From Selaginella moellendorffii (lineage: Eukaryota; Plantae; Lycopodiophyta), in the NCBI RefSeq assembly GCF_000143415.4, contig NW_003314301.1, forward strand, positions 1,103,333-1,167,332: a DNA stretch of 64,000 nucleotides, read 5' to 3'. The notes beneath the pieces are model-generated. The model was not told the origin of the DNA. It saw only the letters and a list, made by a program, of their open reading frames with translations, and did no database searches. Every line of letters starts with the position of its first letter. Positions within the stretch are counted from its first letter, which is position 1. A program made the translations under genes and the position numbers. Positions 62,099 to 64,000 of this stretch are shown piece by piece.

Positions 62099-63316
62099 TG
62101 TCTTGTGGGGTAGTGCTTATTAATGGCAAAACTAGTTTTTTAAAGGGTGTAATAGAATATTCTATTTAAATCTCGCATTTAAGAGCTTGCCCAATAAGAA
62201 TCACTCCACCACCATCAAACTCTAATTGTAAAACTTGATTAAATTGCTAACAAGCAAATCCACCTTTTGCTAGTGCCTATGAGCTTATAGCCACAGCTAA
62301 GATTTTCTTAAAATATGCATCAATGAGAACATTGTTGTAGAAATGATTGAGCTCTTGATAGAGTTGCCATATCTCTTCCATTATCATCCCTATTGTCAAG
62401 ATTCATTGGAAAAAAACAATCTTATTCTATCCCAATTTGCTAGTGTCATAGATGTTGTGATTCTCTAGTTCTCTTGGCACCATTTGTAGAACTTGCTAGT
62501 ATCATCCTAAAATGATTTTTTTTTTAATGTCCTTGTAATTGTAAGACACAAATTCATAAGTCCCAAAGTGGAGCTGAAGATAAGCCATATGGAAGTGGTC
62601 AAAGCAAAAGTCCAACGAACATAACACATTTGGACAAAACATTCCAACTCAAAAAGTCAAAAGTGGAAGTGGAACTCCTAAAGAAGTGCTTGAAGAATGA
62701 GTATAAAGTGATAAATAAATGAATCTCTAGAAAGGGACAAAAGAATGTCAAACACATGGCAAATGTCATAGAAGTGTTAAGATCAAGTCTGAGACCAATA
62801 CCAAGTTCGAAACTGAGTCCAAGATCAAATCCAAGACCCAATGTAAGACCAAGATTGAAACTGATACTTAGTTCAAGACTAAGTCCAAGTCTAAGTCTAA
62901 GTTTAAGTTTGAGTGTGAATTTGAGATTGAGTCCGAGTTTGAGTCCAAGGGTGAAAGACCAAAACAATCATCTTTGAAACCCTATAAAGTTTAGTAAGTT
63001 TTTGTGTAATAGTAGGGGGAGGATTTCAAGGGTAGTGTGGCAAAAGAAGGCCAACATAATTGAGGAATGCTATACCCATATGATAAATAATAATATAAAC
63101 ATTAACGAGTCCAAGGTTAAAGTGAATATAAATGAATAAATGGTGTGACTTCGTGAAGTGTTCAATAATCAACTCTAACTCCTTTGGGAGATTAAATGGT
63201 TGATGCTCCCAATCCAAGTGTAGGTGGCACTATCTACTTAAATCTATTGTGTGGTTTATTGGAACCTTACTCTATCCATATAGCTAAAGCACCCTAGTGG
63301 CTAGTGATGGGAATAC

Positions 63317-64000
63317 TGTAAGCAACCAAAGGGAACGACTTGAGAGACGATCCATGGGGTTCAAATATAGAGGGAAAGGGCCCATGAACAAGAGTGCACC
63401 CCCTTTTCCAATCGGTTAAGGGTCTTGGGATATTTGGGGTTAAGCGTCCTTGGGTTTGAATAGTACTGGGTTGGGTGACCTCCCAGGAAGTCCAAACTCA
63501 GGAGCTTACATTTGGTATCAGAGAGGTCTCGGGTCCGACTCTGTTGGTTAGCTAAGGGAATCACACAACATGTTAATTGACATCTGGTTGGTCCAGTTTG
63601 CTCCCGCTGGGCTCGACCCGAGGGGTAGGGTGTCAAGAGAGCGGGGCTCTCGGGAGAGCTATGGCTCTCAGCTTTCGTTCACGAGGGTGTGAACTTGCAG
63701 GGAAGCATAATGGATTGTAAGCAACCAAAGGGAACGACTTGAGAGACGATCCATGGGGTTCAAATATAGAGGGAAAGGGCCCATGAACAAGAGTGCACCC
63801 CCTTTTCCAATCGGTTAAGGGTCTTGGGATATTTGGGGTTCAAAATATTATCCCAAAGTCCTTAGAGGGAAAGGGCCCATGAACAAGAGTGCACCCCCTT
63901 TTCCAATCGGTTAAGGGTCTTGGGATATTTAGGGTTAAGCGTCCTTGAGTTTGAATAGTACTGGGTTGGGTGACCTCCTAGGAAGTCCAAACTCAGGAGG
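63317..64000 (+). mobile_element. Cassandra TRIM: LTR 63317-63510, PBS 63513-63524, internal region to 63715, second LTR from 63716 (internally duplicated, runs off the window)
   Basis: TG...CA LTR; PBS TGGTATCAGAG; 5S-like GGTTAAGCGTCCTTGGGTTTGAATAGTACTGGGTTGGGTGACCTCCCAGGAAGTCC at about 63438-63493; non-coding ~200-bp interior. Confidence 0.92.

Noticed and set aside
63438-63493. 5S rRNA gene
   Set aside because: Only the internal ~55-nt segment is 5S-like and it lies inside TG...CA LTRs next to a PBS, so it is Cassandra.

Overview
Eukaryotic plant nuclear DNA, most likely a lycophyte such as Selaginella. This is an inference from the roughly 45-100 nt introns, PLS-type PPR genes, an aegerolysin and axonemal dynein remnants. 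1-19 kb is gene-rich: a 15-exon queuine tRNA-ribosyltransferase, two fasciclin-like AGPs, and a locally duplicated PPR block in which one copy has a secreted aegerolysin gene sitting between the remnants of a PPR gene. It also holds a dynein heavy chain pseudogene and an AT-rich repeat. 19-64 kb is mostly nested retroelements: a full Ty3/Gypsy with TSD, a chromovirus with TSD, and 5S-bearing Cassandra TRIMs, plus a very AT-rich bulb-lectin gene and its decayed copy. The standout is a 12.7-kb DNA transposon (37452-50180; 24-bp TIRs, TTAA TSD) inserted in the chromovirus RT. It encodes a Sola-like transposase and, divergently, a predicted ~1,636-aa 11-exon protein with ParB-like, degenerate amino-methyltransferase-like and FCP1/NIF-phosphatase-like regions. 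It is also studded with about 25 copies of one 22-bp palindrome (ATGGCRTGWGGCCWCAYGCCAT), including inside introns and coding exons, which suggests a self-recognition (parS/VANC-like) system. Domain calls are by eye from motifs; no searches were run.
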